Source: a virus. Taken from it: DNA of 60,346 bases. Below are positions 35,001-43,276 of this stretch, piece by piece. Under the pieces are notes generated by a model that saw only the letters and a program-made list of their open reading frames with translations, was not told the origin of the DNA and ran no database searches. Location: IMG/VR virus record IMGVR_UViG_3300031825_000012, positions 1 through 60,346 of that record; one strand, given 5' to 3'. Numbering within the stretch: the stretch's first letter is position 1; each line of letters starts with the position of its first letter. A program made the translations under genes and the position numbers.

Positions 35001-35232
35001 GATTTCCGCGGCCTCCGGTTGTCGAATAGTGCCCGGCATCTAACAGAGCGCAGATGAAGGCGATCACGACGAACGCCTTCGCGATGGCCCACAGAGTGGC
35101 CGGCATTATCGCGAACTTGACGGGCCAGAGACCAACTGCCCATCCGCCGACAATGAGAACGACAAACGCGGCGGCCGATTTCCAGGCCATCGCGACGAAC
35201 CAGCGCGCTAAGTGAGCGTCACGCCAGCGCAT
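34927..35232 (-). CDS. Possible membrane protein (up to 101 aa), opposite strand
   Basis: Three hydrophobic stretches (AAFVVLIVGGWAVGLW, IMPATLWAIAKAFVVIAFICALL). The 3' end overlaps 32334..35000 by 74 nt, which lowers confidence. Confidence 0.3.
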   Translation of the reverse strand: MRWRDAHLARWFVAMAWKSAAAFVVLIVGGWAVGLWPVKFAIMPATLWAIAKAFVVIAFICALLDAGHYSTTGGRGNLIRQRPDSDRLRRELSERRPQDNR

Positions 35233-35320
35233 TGAAACCTACCGATTGGGGCATGTCCCCACCATACCGAAACCCATGCCCTCCCGCAACGAGGGCCTTT
35301 TTCATTGGGAATTCAAGCCG

Positions 35321-36622
35321 ATGGCGATCTCCGATTACAGCACCACCCCCGGCTCGAATACGGCCATCAGCTCTATCAACATCGCCGAGAATTGCCCGGC
35401 TGGGGGTATCAATAACGCCATCCGTCAGCATCTCGCCGACGACCGCGATCAATGGAACCACGCGGAATGGTTCGAATATGGCGATGGCGACGGCACGGCG
35501 ACCGTCACCTATGTCTCGTCCACGTCGTTCAAGATCGAAGGCGCGGATGTCTCGACCGTCTGGCACGCGGGCCGGCGCGTAAAGGTCGTCGCGGCCACTC
35601 CCGGGACGATTTACGGCACCATTGCATCTGTTGCGTTCTCGACCGACACGACCGTCACCGTCACATGGGATTCGGGCTCGCTCTCCAATGAGAGCCTGAC
35701 CGCCTATCTGGGCATTCTCTCGGCAACGAATCAATCCATCCCCGTAGGCTCGGCCACAGCCAAGGGCACGGTCGAACTCGCGACCACAACCGAGACCCTG
35801 ACCGGTACGGATGCCACGCGAGCGGTGACGCCAGATGGACTCGCTGCTCTATGGGAGAAGGGGTCGGACATCGCGTCCGCGGGCACGATCTCGATCGGCG
35901 AGGGCGGGTTCTTTCACATCACCGGCACGACCACGATCACCGATATCGATTTCGCGACCGATAAATCCGGTCGTGCCGCATGGCTGATATTCGACGGCGC
36001 GCTCACGCTCACGCATAACGCGACGACGCTGATCCTGCCGACGGGCGCGAACATCACGACCGCTGCTGGCGACGCCTGCCTTGTGGTCTCCGAGGATGGC
36101 TCGGACAATGTGCGGGTGCCCATTTACTCGCGCAAGACCGGCGGCCCCGTCAATGCGGTCGTCAACAGCTACGCCAAATACAGCTATACGGTTGCCTCCG
36201 GTACGGACGGCGGCGGTGCTGTCGTCGCGTCAACGTGGACGACACTCGCGATTAACACCGAAAATAATGACGCAGACGGGATCGGCTCTCTTTCGAGCAA
36301 TCAGATCACGCTTGGGGCAGGAACCTACCGTGTCAGCGCCCGCTGTGTGTTCGGCCCTCAGACGGTTGGCGGCGTGGGTTTCGCCGTCAGGCTACTGAAT
36401 GTAACCGATGCTTCCACCGTCATTGTAGGCGATCACAGTGTCGGCGGATCAACCGGCAATATCGTAATGACGTGCTCTCTTGAGGGAGAATTCACCCTCT
36501 CCGGATCAAAAGCCCTGGCATTCCAGTACTGGTGCAATTCAACGTCTGCCAGCTTGGGCGCCGCGCTCTCGACGGGCATCAGTGAAGTCTATCGCGTCAT
36601 CGAATTTACCAAGGTCGCTTAA
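35321..36622 (+). CDS. Tail fibre protein (433 aa)
   Basis: Internal ATG of ORF 35246..36622. The N-terminus MAISDYSTTPGSNTAISSINIAENCPAGGINNAIRQHLAD is a conserved fibre anchor motif I recognise from alphaproteobacterial phages. Confidence 0.75.
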   Translation: MAISDYSTTPGSNTAISSINIAENCPAGGINNAIRQHLADDRDQWNHAEWFEYGDGDGTATVTYVSSTSFKIEGADVSTVWHAGRRVKVVAATPGTIYGTIASVAFSTDTTVTVTWDSGSLSNESLTAYLGILSATNQSIPVGSATAKGTVELATTTETLTGTDATRAVTPDGLAALWEKGSDIASAGTISIGEGGFFHITGTTTITDIDFATDKSGRAAWLIFDGALTLTHNATTLILPTGANITTAAGDACLVVSEDGSDNVRVPIYSRKTGGPVNAVVNSYAKYSYTVASGTDGGGAVVASTWTTLAINTENNDADGIGSLSSNQITLGAGTYRVSARCVFGPQTVGGVGFAVRLLNVTDASTVIVGDHSVGGSTGNIVMTCSLEGEFTLSGSKALAFQYWCNSTSASLGAALSTGISEVYRVIEFTKVA

Positions 36623-37356
36623 AGCCCCCTGTAACCATGAACGATGAAGCTCTTGCCCGCCCATGAGGCATGGCCGTAATCCTCGGATTCGATCTGGAAA
36701 CGGTCAGTCAGATCCATCCACGCGCGCCGCTCGCCAAAGGCATTGTCAGCCCGATTGCAGTGCCAGTCATCGAATACGATAAGGGCGCCCCGAGTGATCT
36801 GACCTCGGGCAAAAAGCGGCGTCAGGCAATCGATTGTCGATTGGTAGAGATCACCATCGACATGGAGGAAGCCGAATCGCGCGTCTGGCTGAATCTGCGG
36901 CACGGTCTGCGCGTACCATCCCTCACCGATGACGAGACGGTCGGCCCCGATGATCTTCGCGATCTTCCGGCGCAACTGGTTCGCGGTAAGACCGCGGCAT
37001 GTGCCAGCGCCCCAGACGCCCGACAGGACGTGTGGGCTTTCTGTATCGGCGGCGGCGACAGAAACCGGCAAGCCCTCAAAGCTGTCGTAGAGCCATAGCT
37101 TGCGATCATAGCCGCGTCGGGTCTCGGCGATTGCCTTGGCCGTGACCGAGGCGGTGAACCCAGTTGCGGTGCCGAATTCGATGAAGTCGCCCTCAACCGC
37201 ACCGTGCAGTACGTATTGAACGCCGCGCTGGAGGAACAGGCCGATATCAATCCGGTCTTTGAATCGTTGTTTGGGCAGGTGTCCAAGAATACGGCGCGTC
37301 CGGCGCCACCGCTTCGCCTCGTGGACGAAGTGACGCCATTTCATAAGCAGGCCCAT
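36619..37356 (-). CDS. TylF/MycF-like class I SAM-dependent O-methyltransferase (245 aa)
   Basis: GDFIEFGTATG...LYDSFEGLP...FLHVDGDLYQSTIDCL...GALIVFDDW follows the macrocin-O-methyltransferase pattern. Its stop codon overlaps the fibre stop in a TTAA palindrome. Confidence 0.7.
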   Translation of the reverse strand: MGLLMKWRHFVHEAKRWRRTRRILGHLPKQRFKDRIDIGLFLQRGVQYVLHGAVEGDFIEFGTATGFTASVTAKAIAETRRGYDRKLWLYDSFEGLPVSVAAADTESPHVLSGVWGAGTCRGLTANQLRRKIAKIIGADRLVIGEGWYAQTVPQIQPDARFGFLHVDGDLYQSTIDCLTPLFARGQITRGALIVFDDWHCNRADNAFGERRAWMDLTDRFQIESEDYGHASWAGKSFIVHGYRGL

Positions 37357-37485
37357 GGATGTTTCCCCGGTGGTGTCGTGGCAACGCTACCACAGCGGGA
37401 AAATCCGACAAACAGGAATTGCTCCCCATGGTCTGGGGCCCGTCTCGATCACCGTGACTGAATATTCCGCATAAGGAGCCCTAAC

Positions 37486-37827
37486 ATGCGTGCGTTTCTG
37501 GCGGCCGTCGGTGCCGCCTTTTTCATGCTCGTTTCAATCCCCTCATTCGCGGACGACCAATGCTTTACCGAGCAGATGGTCGCGGACGCCGTTCGGGGCT
37601 CCGCCCAACTGGCCGCCCGGGTGAACGGCGATGAAGTCCAGGCATTCATGGCGGAGTTTTTCAGCGAGGCCCCGCCTGCGCATGTCGCCGGCCTGTCGGC
37701 GATCCAGATATGGGCTGCCGATGGAGCAGCGCAGATCGTGACGTTCGACCGACACGGCTGCCTCGCCGGTGAAGGCTACGGGGATCTGGAGAAGTTCCTG
37801 AATTGGCTGCAGGGAAATCCAGCATGA
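37486..37827 (+). CDS. Secreted protein with a Sec signal peptide (113 aa)
   Basis: MRAFLAAVGAAFFMLVSIPSFA then DDQ; AGGAG RBS. Confidence 0.6.
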   Translation: MRAFLAAVGAAFFMLVSIPSFADDQCFTEQMVADAVRGSAQLAARVNGDEVQAFMAEFFSEAPPAHVAGLSAIQIWAADGAAQIVTFDRHGCLAGEGYGDLEKFLNWLQGNPA

Positions 37828-38024
37828 GCGAGACTCTGCCGCTCACAGACGAGCAAATCGACGCCATCGCCGAGAAGGCGGCCCAACGGGCTCTCGACAA
37901 GGTTTATGCGGATGTAGGGAGGGGCGTGTTGAAAAAGCTCGCATGGCTCGTCGGTATCGCCGTCGTCGGCCTTCTCATCTGGCTGGCGAAAGATGGACAT
38001 CTCCCAACTCTCGGCGGTGAATAG
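37824..38024 (+). CDS. Small C-terminally anchored membrane protein (66 aa)
   Basis: Internal ATG of ORF 37803..38024 (ATGA overlap); TM helix LAWLVGIAVVGLLIWLA. Confidence 0.5.
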   Translation: MSETLPLTDEQIDAIAEKAAQRALDKVYADVGRGVLKKLAWLVGIAVVGLLIWLAKDGHLPTLGGE

Positions 38025-39221
38025 ATGGCATTCAAGCTCGACGAAGGGCTCCGGCCCTACGCGACTGATGCGCAGTGGGCAAAACTGAAAGCCGTTGAGG
38101 AACACGGGTCGGAACGGAAAGCCGCAGAAATTCTCGGCATCCACAAGAAAGCGTTCAGCGTCACAAAAGCCACTGTTCTAAAGAAGGCAGCAATTCACGG
38201 CTACGCGCCGGACTTCGATATGGTGCATCCGGTGCCGGATGGATATAGAGTCCGCGGTGTCTCGACTCTCTACGATATGCAGACGGGCGCCGCGAAAGTC
38301 CAATGGGTCAAGACCCGCGAGGATTCGGAGCGGCAAGAGGCCATCATCCGCGAAATGGCCGAGGCGATGGCGGAGACACTGCCTCGGGTGAAGCCCACGG
38401 CGGGTCCGAAACAAGCCAGTGCGGACCTGATGGCCTGTTATCCGGTTGGCGACCATCATTTCGGGCAGCTCTCTTGGGATAAAGAAACCGGGGCCGATTA
38501 CGACCTCGATATTGCCGAGCGGCTGCTGACGGTATGCAGCCAACACCTGATCGAGACCGCTCCTTCATGCAAGCAGGCGACCATCGCGCTCTTGGGGGAT
38601 CTGGTCCATTACGACGGCTTCGAGAGCGTCACTCCGACTAACCGCAACCAACTGGATTCCGATACGCGGTTCCCGAAGATGGTTCGCGTCGCTATCCGAT
38701 CGGTCAGGCGGATGATCGAATCCGCACTTCGGAGACACCAGACGGTCAGGGTCATCATCGAGATCGGCAACCACGATCTGGCGACCTCCATTTGCCTGAT
38801 GGAGTGCTTAGCCAACGTCTATGAGAATGAGCCTCGGGTTACGGTCGATACATCGCCCATGCACTTCCATTATTTCGACTTCGGCAAGTGTCTCGTGGGA
38901 ATGCACCACGGCCATGGTGTCAAGATGCAGGCTCTGCCATTGATCATGGCGACCGACCGTCCGGCGGAGTGGGGGCGAACCAAATATCGCTACTGGTGGA
39001 CCGGACACATTCACCATAGCAAAACCCAGGCCGCGACAAGCGCCCAGGATTTCAGCGGATGCACGGTCGAGAGCTTCCGCGTTCTCTGCCCGCCCGATGC
39101 GTGGGCCGCACAGAAGGGCTACCGGCCGATCCGGGATCAGAAGGCGATCATCCTTCACCGCGAGTTTGGAGAGGTCGCCAGACATACAGTTTCACCGGCA
39201 ATGTTTGGGGCCGCAGCATGA
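38025..39221 (+). CDS. Calcineurin-like metallophosphoesterase with an N-terminal HTH (398 aa)
   Basis: Motifs GDHHFG, GDLVHYDG, GNHD, HHGH and GHIHH in canonical order. N-terminal ERKAAEILGIHKKAFSVTKATVLKKAA. Confidence 0.8.
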   Translation: MAFKLDEGLRPYATDAQWAKLKAVEEHGSERKAAEILGIHKKAFSVTKATVLKKAAIHGYAPDFDMVHPVPDGYRVRGVSTLYDMQTGAAKVQWVKTREDSERQEAIIREMAEAMAETLPRVKPTAGPKQASADLMACYPVGDHHFGQLSWDKETGADYDLDIAERLLTVCSQHLIETAPSCKQATIALLGDLVHYDGFESVTPTNRNQLDSDTRFPKMVRVAIRSVRRMIESALRRHQTVRVIIEIGNHDLATSICLMECLANVYENEPRVTVDTSPMHFHYFDFGKCLVGMHHGHGVKMQALPLIMATDRPAEWGRTKYRYWWTGHIHHSKTQAATSAQDFSGCTVESFRVLCPPDAWAAQKGYRPIRDQKAIILHREFGEVARHTVSPAMFGAAA

Positions 39222-39655
39222 CAACCATCGCCTATCGCTCGTGCACGCTGGCGGCTGACAGTCTCGGAGTGGACGACTCCAGTTCTCTCAAGAGCACTGT
39301 GAGCAAACTGTTCAAGCTCTCCAATTGCATCGTTGGCTTTGCCGGCGATACGGGCTCAGGTCACAAGTTCGTCAAATGGGTTGACGCCGGGATGCCGGAC
39401 AAACGCCCGACCTTCCCGAAGAAATGCGACTTCGATGCTGTTGTGGTCTATCGCGACCGCGCCGAAGTCTGGGATGAGGATATGATGGCGGTCCCCATTG
39501 AAGACGAATTTTACGCCATCGGAACCGGCGCTGGCGTTGCCATGGGTGCAATGGACATGGGCGCGGATGCAGCGCGAGCTGTTGAAGCGGCCACGCGATG
39601 GGACGCCAATACAGGCGGCAAGATTATCAGCTATTCGGCGGCCGATCTTGACTGA
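39218..39655 (+). CDS. Ntn-hydrolase, proteasome/HslV-like peptidase (145 aa)
   Basis: N-terminal MTTIAY (Thr directly after Met), KLFKL, GFAGDTG, AIGTGAGVAMGA...A.RWDANTGGKI parallel HslV landmarks. ATGA overlap. Confidence 0.6.
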   Translation: MTTIAYRSCTLAADSLGVDDSSSLKSTVSKLFKLSNCIVGFAGDTGSGHKFVKWVDAGMPDKRPTFPKKCDFDAVVVYRDRAEVWDEDMMAVPIEDEFYAIGTGAGVAMGAMDMGADAARAVEAATRWDANTGGKIISYSAADLD

Positions 39656-39665
39656 GCCAGCCCTG

Positions 39666-39995
39666 ATGCGACACGCGCGATACGACAACGAAGCCCGTTA
39701 TACCAGCACCCCCGGATCACAGGATAACGCGACCGGAAACGAATCCTCGGATGTTACCGGTAACGCCGAGCAAGAGCGGCTGGCGAAAGTCGCAGCCGCC
39801 GAGATGGGCTTCCTCACCGACGCACTACAGGCGAAGCGCTGGGGCCTAGCCCCGAGAGATCCGGGATTGCCTCACCAGATCGAGGTCATCGTGTTCAACG
39901 ACCACGATGGGCAATACACGGTGATCAAGATTCCGCGCGACCGCGCGTTTCATCTGGCGGGGGAGTTTCTGCGGATGGCGGAGAGGCGTCTATGA
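39666..39995 (+). CDS. Hypothetical protein (109 aa)
   Basis: Internal ATG of ORF 39498..39995. Confidence 0.5.
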   Translation: MRHARYDNEARYTSTPGSQDNATGNESSDVTGNAEQERLAKVAAAEMGFLTDALQAKRWGLAPRDPGLPHQIEVIVFNDHDGQYTVIKIPRDRAFHLAGEFLRMAERRL

Positions 39996-40432
39996 ACCGA
40001 GACCGGCTCGTCTCCCAACTCACCGCCGACGAGGGCAAGAAACTAAAGCCCTACCGCTGCACGCAAGGCAAGCTCAGCATCGGGGTGGGACGAAATCTTG
40101 ATGATGTCGGCATCTCCGACGCTGAGGCACGATACCTCTTGGACAACGATATCGACCGCGCGATCCGTGGGCTGGATCTGAATTTCCCATGGTGGCGGAA
40201 CCTCGACGACGTGCGTCAAGAGATCCTGGTGAACATGATGTTCAACATGGGCTGGGATAATCCGAAGACGCCTCAGCGCGAGGGCCTAAGTGGCTTCGTA
40301 AATACGCTGGCCGCGATCCGAGACGGCAAATACGCCACTGCCGCGACAGGAATGCGCCAGTCAAAATGGTTCCGCCAAGTCGGCGACCGCGCAAAGCGTC
40401 TGGCCGACGCAATGGAAACCGGCCGCTTCTGA
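39992..40432 (+). CDS. Endolysin, T4-type lysozyme (GH24) (146 aa)
   Basis: LTADEGKKLKPYRCTQGKLSIGVGRNL...FNMG pattern with the catalytic Glu. Confidence 0.85.
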   Translation: MNRDRLVSQLTADEGKKLKPYRCTQGKLSIGVGRNLDDVGISDAEARYLLDNDIDRAIRGLDLNFPWWRNLDDVRQEILVNMMFNMGWDNPKTPQREGLSGFVNTLAAIRDGKYATAATGMRQSKWFRQVGDRAKRLADAMETGRF

Positions 40433-40531
40433 CCCCGATCAGTATGCAGGGATTCCTTGCACACTGCCGATCCCGCAATTTCCACCGTTTCCACCCCACC
40501 GGCCCCGGCCGGCAACACTAGGAGTCTGACC

Positions 40532-40732
40532 ATGTTTACCTCTCTCGATAAGGCCCTCGTCGCTCTGGTGATGGCCGTTCTGGCGATCCTCAACCAGGCC
40601 TTCGGCATCGTCACGCCGTCGTTCCTGAGCGAGACCAACGTCACGATGATCATCGCCGCGCTCACGCCGCTGCTGGTCTATGTGATCCCGAATAAAGCGG
40701 CAGTCGCGCCCACCACCCCGCCGAGCGCGTAA
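40532..40732 (+). CDS. Holin-like protein with two TM helices (66 aa)
   Basis: Internal ATG of ORF 40457..40732 with an AGGAG RBS; follows the endolysin. Confidence 0.55.
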   Translation: MFTSLDKALVALVMAVLAILNQAFGIVTPSFLSETNVTMIIAALTPLLVYVIPNKAAVAPTTPPSA

Positions 40733-40734
40733 TC

Positions 40735-40836
40735 ATGGGCCGCCAAGAGTGGATCATTCTCGGCATCATGCTGGCTATGGCTGGCGGAGGGGCGTTCTGC
40801 TTCTTCGTCCTGCCATGGCTGGTCCTGGTGGAATAG
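40735..40836 (+). CDS. Tiny TM peptide (33 aa)
   Basis: Own translation: MGRQEWIILGIMLAMAGGGAFCFFVLPWLVLVE. Confidence 0.35.
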   Translation: MGRQEWIILGIMLAMAGGGAFCFFVLPWLVLVE

Positions 40837-40846
40837 GAGCCCGACC

Positions 40847-41017
40847 ATGAAAGATGGATGGAAGTGTCCTAAGTGTGATCGCATTCTCGCCCCTCATGTG
40901 GAGCAGTGCGCGCATAAGGATGTGAAAACAGCAGAGCGGCCGACAGAAGTAGTCTATGTGGCGAGCGATTCAGCTCCGCATCCGATCGATCCATGGACTA
41001 ACTGGTGCAACCGCTAA
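40847..41017 (+). CDS. Small Cys-containing protein (56 aa)
   Basis: Own translation: MKDGWKCPKCDRILAPHVEQCAHKD...; AGGAG RBS. Confidence 0.4.
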   Translation: MKDGWKCPKCDRILAPHVEQCAHKDVKTAERPTEVVYVASDSAPHPIDPWTNWCNR

Positions 41018-41109
41018 TGTCCTGGTGGGCCGTGCCGCTCATCGGATTCGCCGTATTAGTTGCGGCGGACCTGCTGGCGCACGGCCTCATTGCGATGATC
41101 GGAGGATGA
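41017..41109 (+). CDS. Tiny TM peptide (30 aa)
   Basis: Own translation: MSWWAVPLIGFAVLVAADLLAHGLIAMIGG. The ATG overlaps the upstream TAA. Confidence 0.3.
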   Translation: MSWWAVPLIGFAVLVAADLLAHGLIAMIGG

Positions 41110-41111
41110 GA

Positions 41112-41489
41112 ATGACCGGCGCTATCGAGTGTTTCCTTGTCGAAGCAGACGGAAAGGGCGGGTTCCTGTGGGACGGCAAGCAAGTCCGGCTTGAGGATCT
41201 TCCTCCTGGCGCAATGTGGTACGCGGACTGGTATTGGCGAAAGGGTCCGGATGGGCATCGGTTGTTCGTCAAGACACCGGGCGGCACATGGAGCCCGGAC
41301 GGCCGCGCGAGCAACTGCACGCGGCCCGATGATACGGAACATTTCTGCTGGGTCCGCCATGGAACGCCACCCAATATCACCGTGGACAAGGACGGCAACA
41401 CCTGTGGCTGCGGCTGCTCGATCGGCCAAGGCGAGGGATACCGCGATTATCACGGATTCCTGCGCAACGGGCAACTGGTGCCGGCATGA
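41112..41489 (+). CDS. Conserved Cys/Trp-rich phage protein (DUF6527-like) (125 aa)
   Basis: Internal ATG of ORF 40956..41489. MWYADWYW...RASNCT.PDD..HFCWVRHG.PP.ITVDK.G.TC....YHGFLRNGQL. Confidence 0.5.
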   Translation: MTGAIECFLVEADGKGGFLWDGKQVRLEDLPPGAMWYADWYWRKGPDGHRLFVKTPGGTWSPDGRASNCTRPDDTEHFCWVRHGTPPNITVDKDGNTCGCGCSIGQGEGYRDYHGFLRNGQLVPA

Positions 41490-41501
41490 TCGGAGGATGA
41501 C

Positions 41502-41612
41502 GTGACAATCGGAGAGATTCTCTGGGTCGCCTTCACCGTCATCACGGTTATCGGTGTGGCATTTGGCGTCGCCTACGGCATCACGTGGTACTTCGAGAAA
41601 ATCAGGGGATAA
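41502..41612 (+). CDS. Tiny TM peptide (36 aa; GTG start)
   Basis: Own translation: VTIGEILWVAFTVITVIGVAFGVAYGITWYFEKIRG; GGAGGA RBS. Confidence 0.3.
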   Translation: MTIGEILWVAFTVITVIGVAFGVAYGITWYFEKIRG

Positions 41613-41615
41613 CCA

Positions 41616-41861
41616 GTGTGGACATCAATCCTCGCCATCCTCTCGGCCCTGGGGAGCATTGCCCTCAAGGTCATCCAGATGTGGGCCGATCGGAACCAAC
41701 AGCAGATCGGGAAACAGCAGGCGGCAATCGACGCCATGAAAGAGGGTCAGACCAATGTCCAAGCCCGAGCGCAGAGTGAGGCGGAAGTTGGCAAGCTGTC
41801 TGGCGATCAGCTTGATATCCGCCTCAATAAGTGGATGCGAGACAAGCCCCCTGGTGATTAA
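41616..41861 (+). CDS. i-spanin (Rz-like) (81 aa; GTG start)
   Basis: N-terminal TM helix, then a charged Gln-rich periplasmic coil. Overlapped by the lipoprotein gene. Confidence 0.65.
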   Translation: MWTSILAILSALGSIALKVIQMWADRNQQQIGKQQAAIDAMKEGQTNVQARAQSEAEVGKLSGDQLDIRLNKWMRDKPPGD

Positions 41862-41982
41862 CACCGCCTGTACGTCGTTCAAGCCGATCTTTCCATCGGT
41901 TCATGACGTGCTGACGAACGGGACCAAGGCGCAGATCATCAACCACAATGAAGAGTGGGAGAGGGAGTGCGTCCATGGCTGA
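41755..41982 (+). CDS. o-spanin (Rz1-like lipoprotein) in overlapped architecture (75 aa)
   Basis: Lipobox SISGC. Starts inside the i-spanin gene in another frame. Confidence 0.7.
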   Translation: MSKPERRVRRKLASCLAISLISASISGCETSPLVINTACTSFKPIFPSVHDVLTNGTKAQIINHNEEWERECVHG

Positions 41983-42241
41983 CGGCAGCCCGACGCGCTT
42001 CACCCATCAACTGCGCGACCAAGGGCTGCATATCCTCATGGGCTGCCTGGGCACGCTGCCCACGGCCTTCTATGGCCCCTGGTGGGCCTGTCTCGTGATA
42101 GCCGGCCTATGGGCGACCCTGCGAGAGGGCGAGCAGTGGGGTAAGCTCAATACCCCCAGCGTGTGGGATAGCTCCATGGACTGGTCTTTCGTCCTGGCTG
42201 GCAGCCAACTCGGCTGGTGGACCGTCCACTGGCTGCGGTGA
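41975..42241 (+). CDS. Membrane protein (88 aa)
   Basis: Internal ATG of ORF 41948..42241; Trp-rich TM helices. Confidence 0.45.
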   Translation: MADGSPTRFTHQLRDQGLHILMGCLGTLPTAFYGPWWACLVIAGLWATLREGEQWGKLNTPSVWDSSMDWSFVLAGSQLGWWTVHWLR

Positions 42242-42451
42242 TGCCGACTTACGAATAGCCGGACCCCAAACTTTCAATCAGCCGTATACCTATCCGTTGA
42301 CATATAGCGCCCGCCGTCAACGTATGGGGATACGCTAATGCTCCTTCCGCCAAATAATCCCACGGCCATTCCAAAGCCCCCGCTCCTGAGGCCCCGTAGC
42401 CCCGCCTGGACCCCATCTGGTGGCGGTCGGGGTGGTGGCGGCTTTTTGACG

Positions 42452-42988
42452 TTATGCTGCCTTTTTCTCGGCTTGCGGCATCAGGTGCTTCCAGCTCTTG
42501 CCGCGGCGAATGACGCTGATTGTGGCATGGTGGACCTTGAAGCGCTGGCCAATGGCCGTATTGGTCCAGCCCTTGCCGATTAGCCGCCATACCTCGAGAA
42601 CATCGGCCTCGGTGAGGAGCGCTCGAGGATTCTTGGTCCCGGCATGATCGCCACCTTTCCACCGGCCTTTCGCCATCTTATCGTCGGCATTGTCCTGATC
42701 GGTTCCGAGAAATAGATGCTTCGGATTGCAGCAGGATCGGTTGTCGCAAGAGTGGCAGACGAGCAGATCGCCGGGATCTTCATTGTTGACCAAGGCATAT
42801 GACAGCCGGTGGGCCCGGACATCCCGATAACTACATGCTTTGAAACGGCCGTAGCCCTCGGGCGAAATTGAGGCCTTCCAGGGCCAACACTCATCCGGCC
42901 CCCTCTGGTCTATCTTCGGCCAGAAGCGCTCCTCGATGGCTTGGCGTTGCTGGGGATTGGTCAGAATGCTAGTTAATGCGATAGCCAT
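42452..42988 (-). CDS. HNH endonuclease with a C-terminal HTH (178 aa)
   Basis: ECWPWKASISPEGYGRF...AHRLSY...LVCHSCDNRSCCNPKHL is an HNH_3 pattern. Internal ATG with a GGAG RBS. Confidence 0.8.
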   Translation of the reverse strand: MAIALTSILTNPQQRQAIEERFWPKIDQRGPDECWPWKASISPEGYGRFKACSYRDVRAHRLSYALVNNEDPGDLLVCHSCDNRSCCNPKHLFLGTDQDNADDKMAKGRWKGGDHAGTKNPRALLTEADVLEVWRLIGKGWTNTAIGQRFKVHHATISVIRRGKSWKHLMPQAEKKAA

Positions 42989-43187
42989 GTTCAGCTCCGT
43001 GCAAAGAGGCAACGTGGTTAGGGCTGGAGAGAGTGTTGGAAGCACTCTCCCAGCCCGGCTTTTGACCAAGATCGACTGTGCCGACTCTTGTGCCGACATT
43101 CTAAGGTCCCAGATTCCTCCAGTTCCTCGAGTTCCGCTGCTAAAAATGCCAAGGTTTTCAGCAGTTTGTATTCAAATCAATGGGGTC

Positions 43188-43230
43188 GCCCGCTTGGCGG
43201 AACGGTAGACGCAGGGGACTTAAAAGTCCT
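43188..43230 (+). other. tRNA-Leu(UAA)-like 5' fragment (acceptor 5' strand, D arm, anticodon arm only); candidate attP core
   Basis: GCCCGCT-TG-GCGGAACGGTAGACGC-A-GGGGA-CTTAAAA-GTCCT. No T arm or 3' acceptor strand follows. Bracketed by TTCAAATC at 43171 and 43241. Adjacent to int. Confidence 0.45.
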
Positions 43231-43276
43231 TTCGGTCACCTTCAAATCTAGCACAAACGCTAATCTAACCAAAGGC

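Noticed and set aside
42286-42330. CCGTATAC ... CGTTGAC-N14-GTCAACG-TATGGGGATACGC: CGTAT/ATACG motifs resembling the operator half-sites, in the gap between the lysis cassette and the HNH gene
   Set aside because: The half-site orientation and spacing (CGTAT-N4-ATACG) differ from the ATACG(C)-N-(G)CGTAT sites at the immunity region. No promoter or gene start lies nearby. It may just be a terminator-like inverted repeat.
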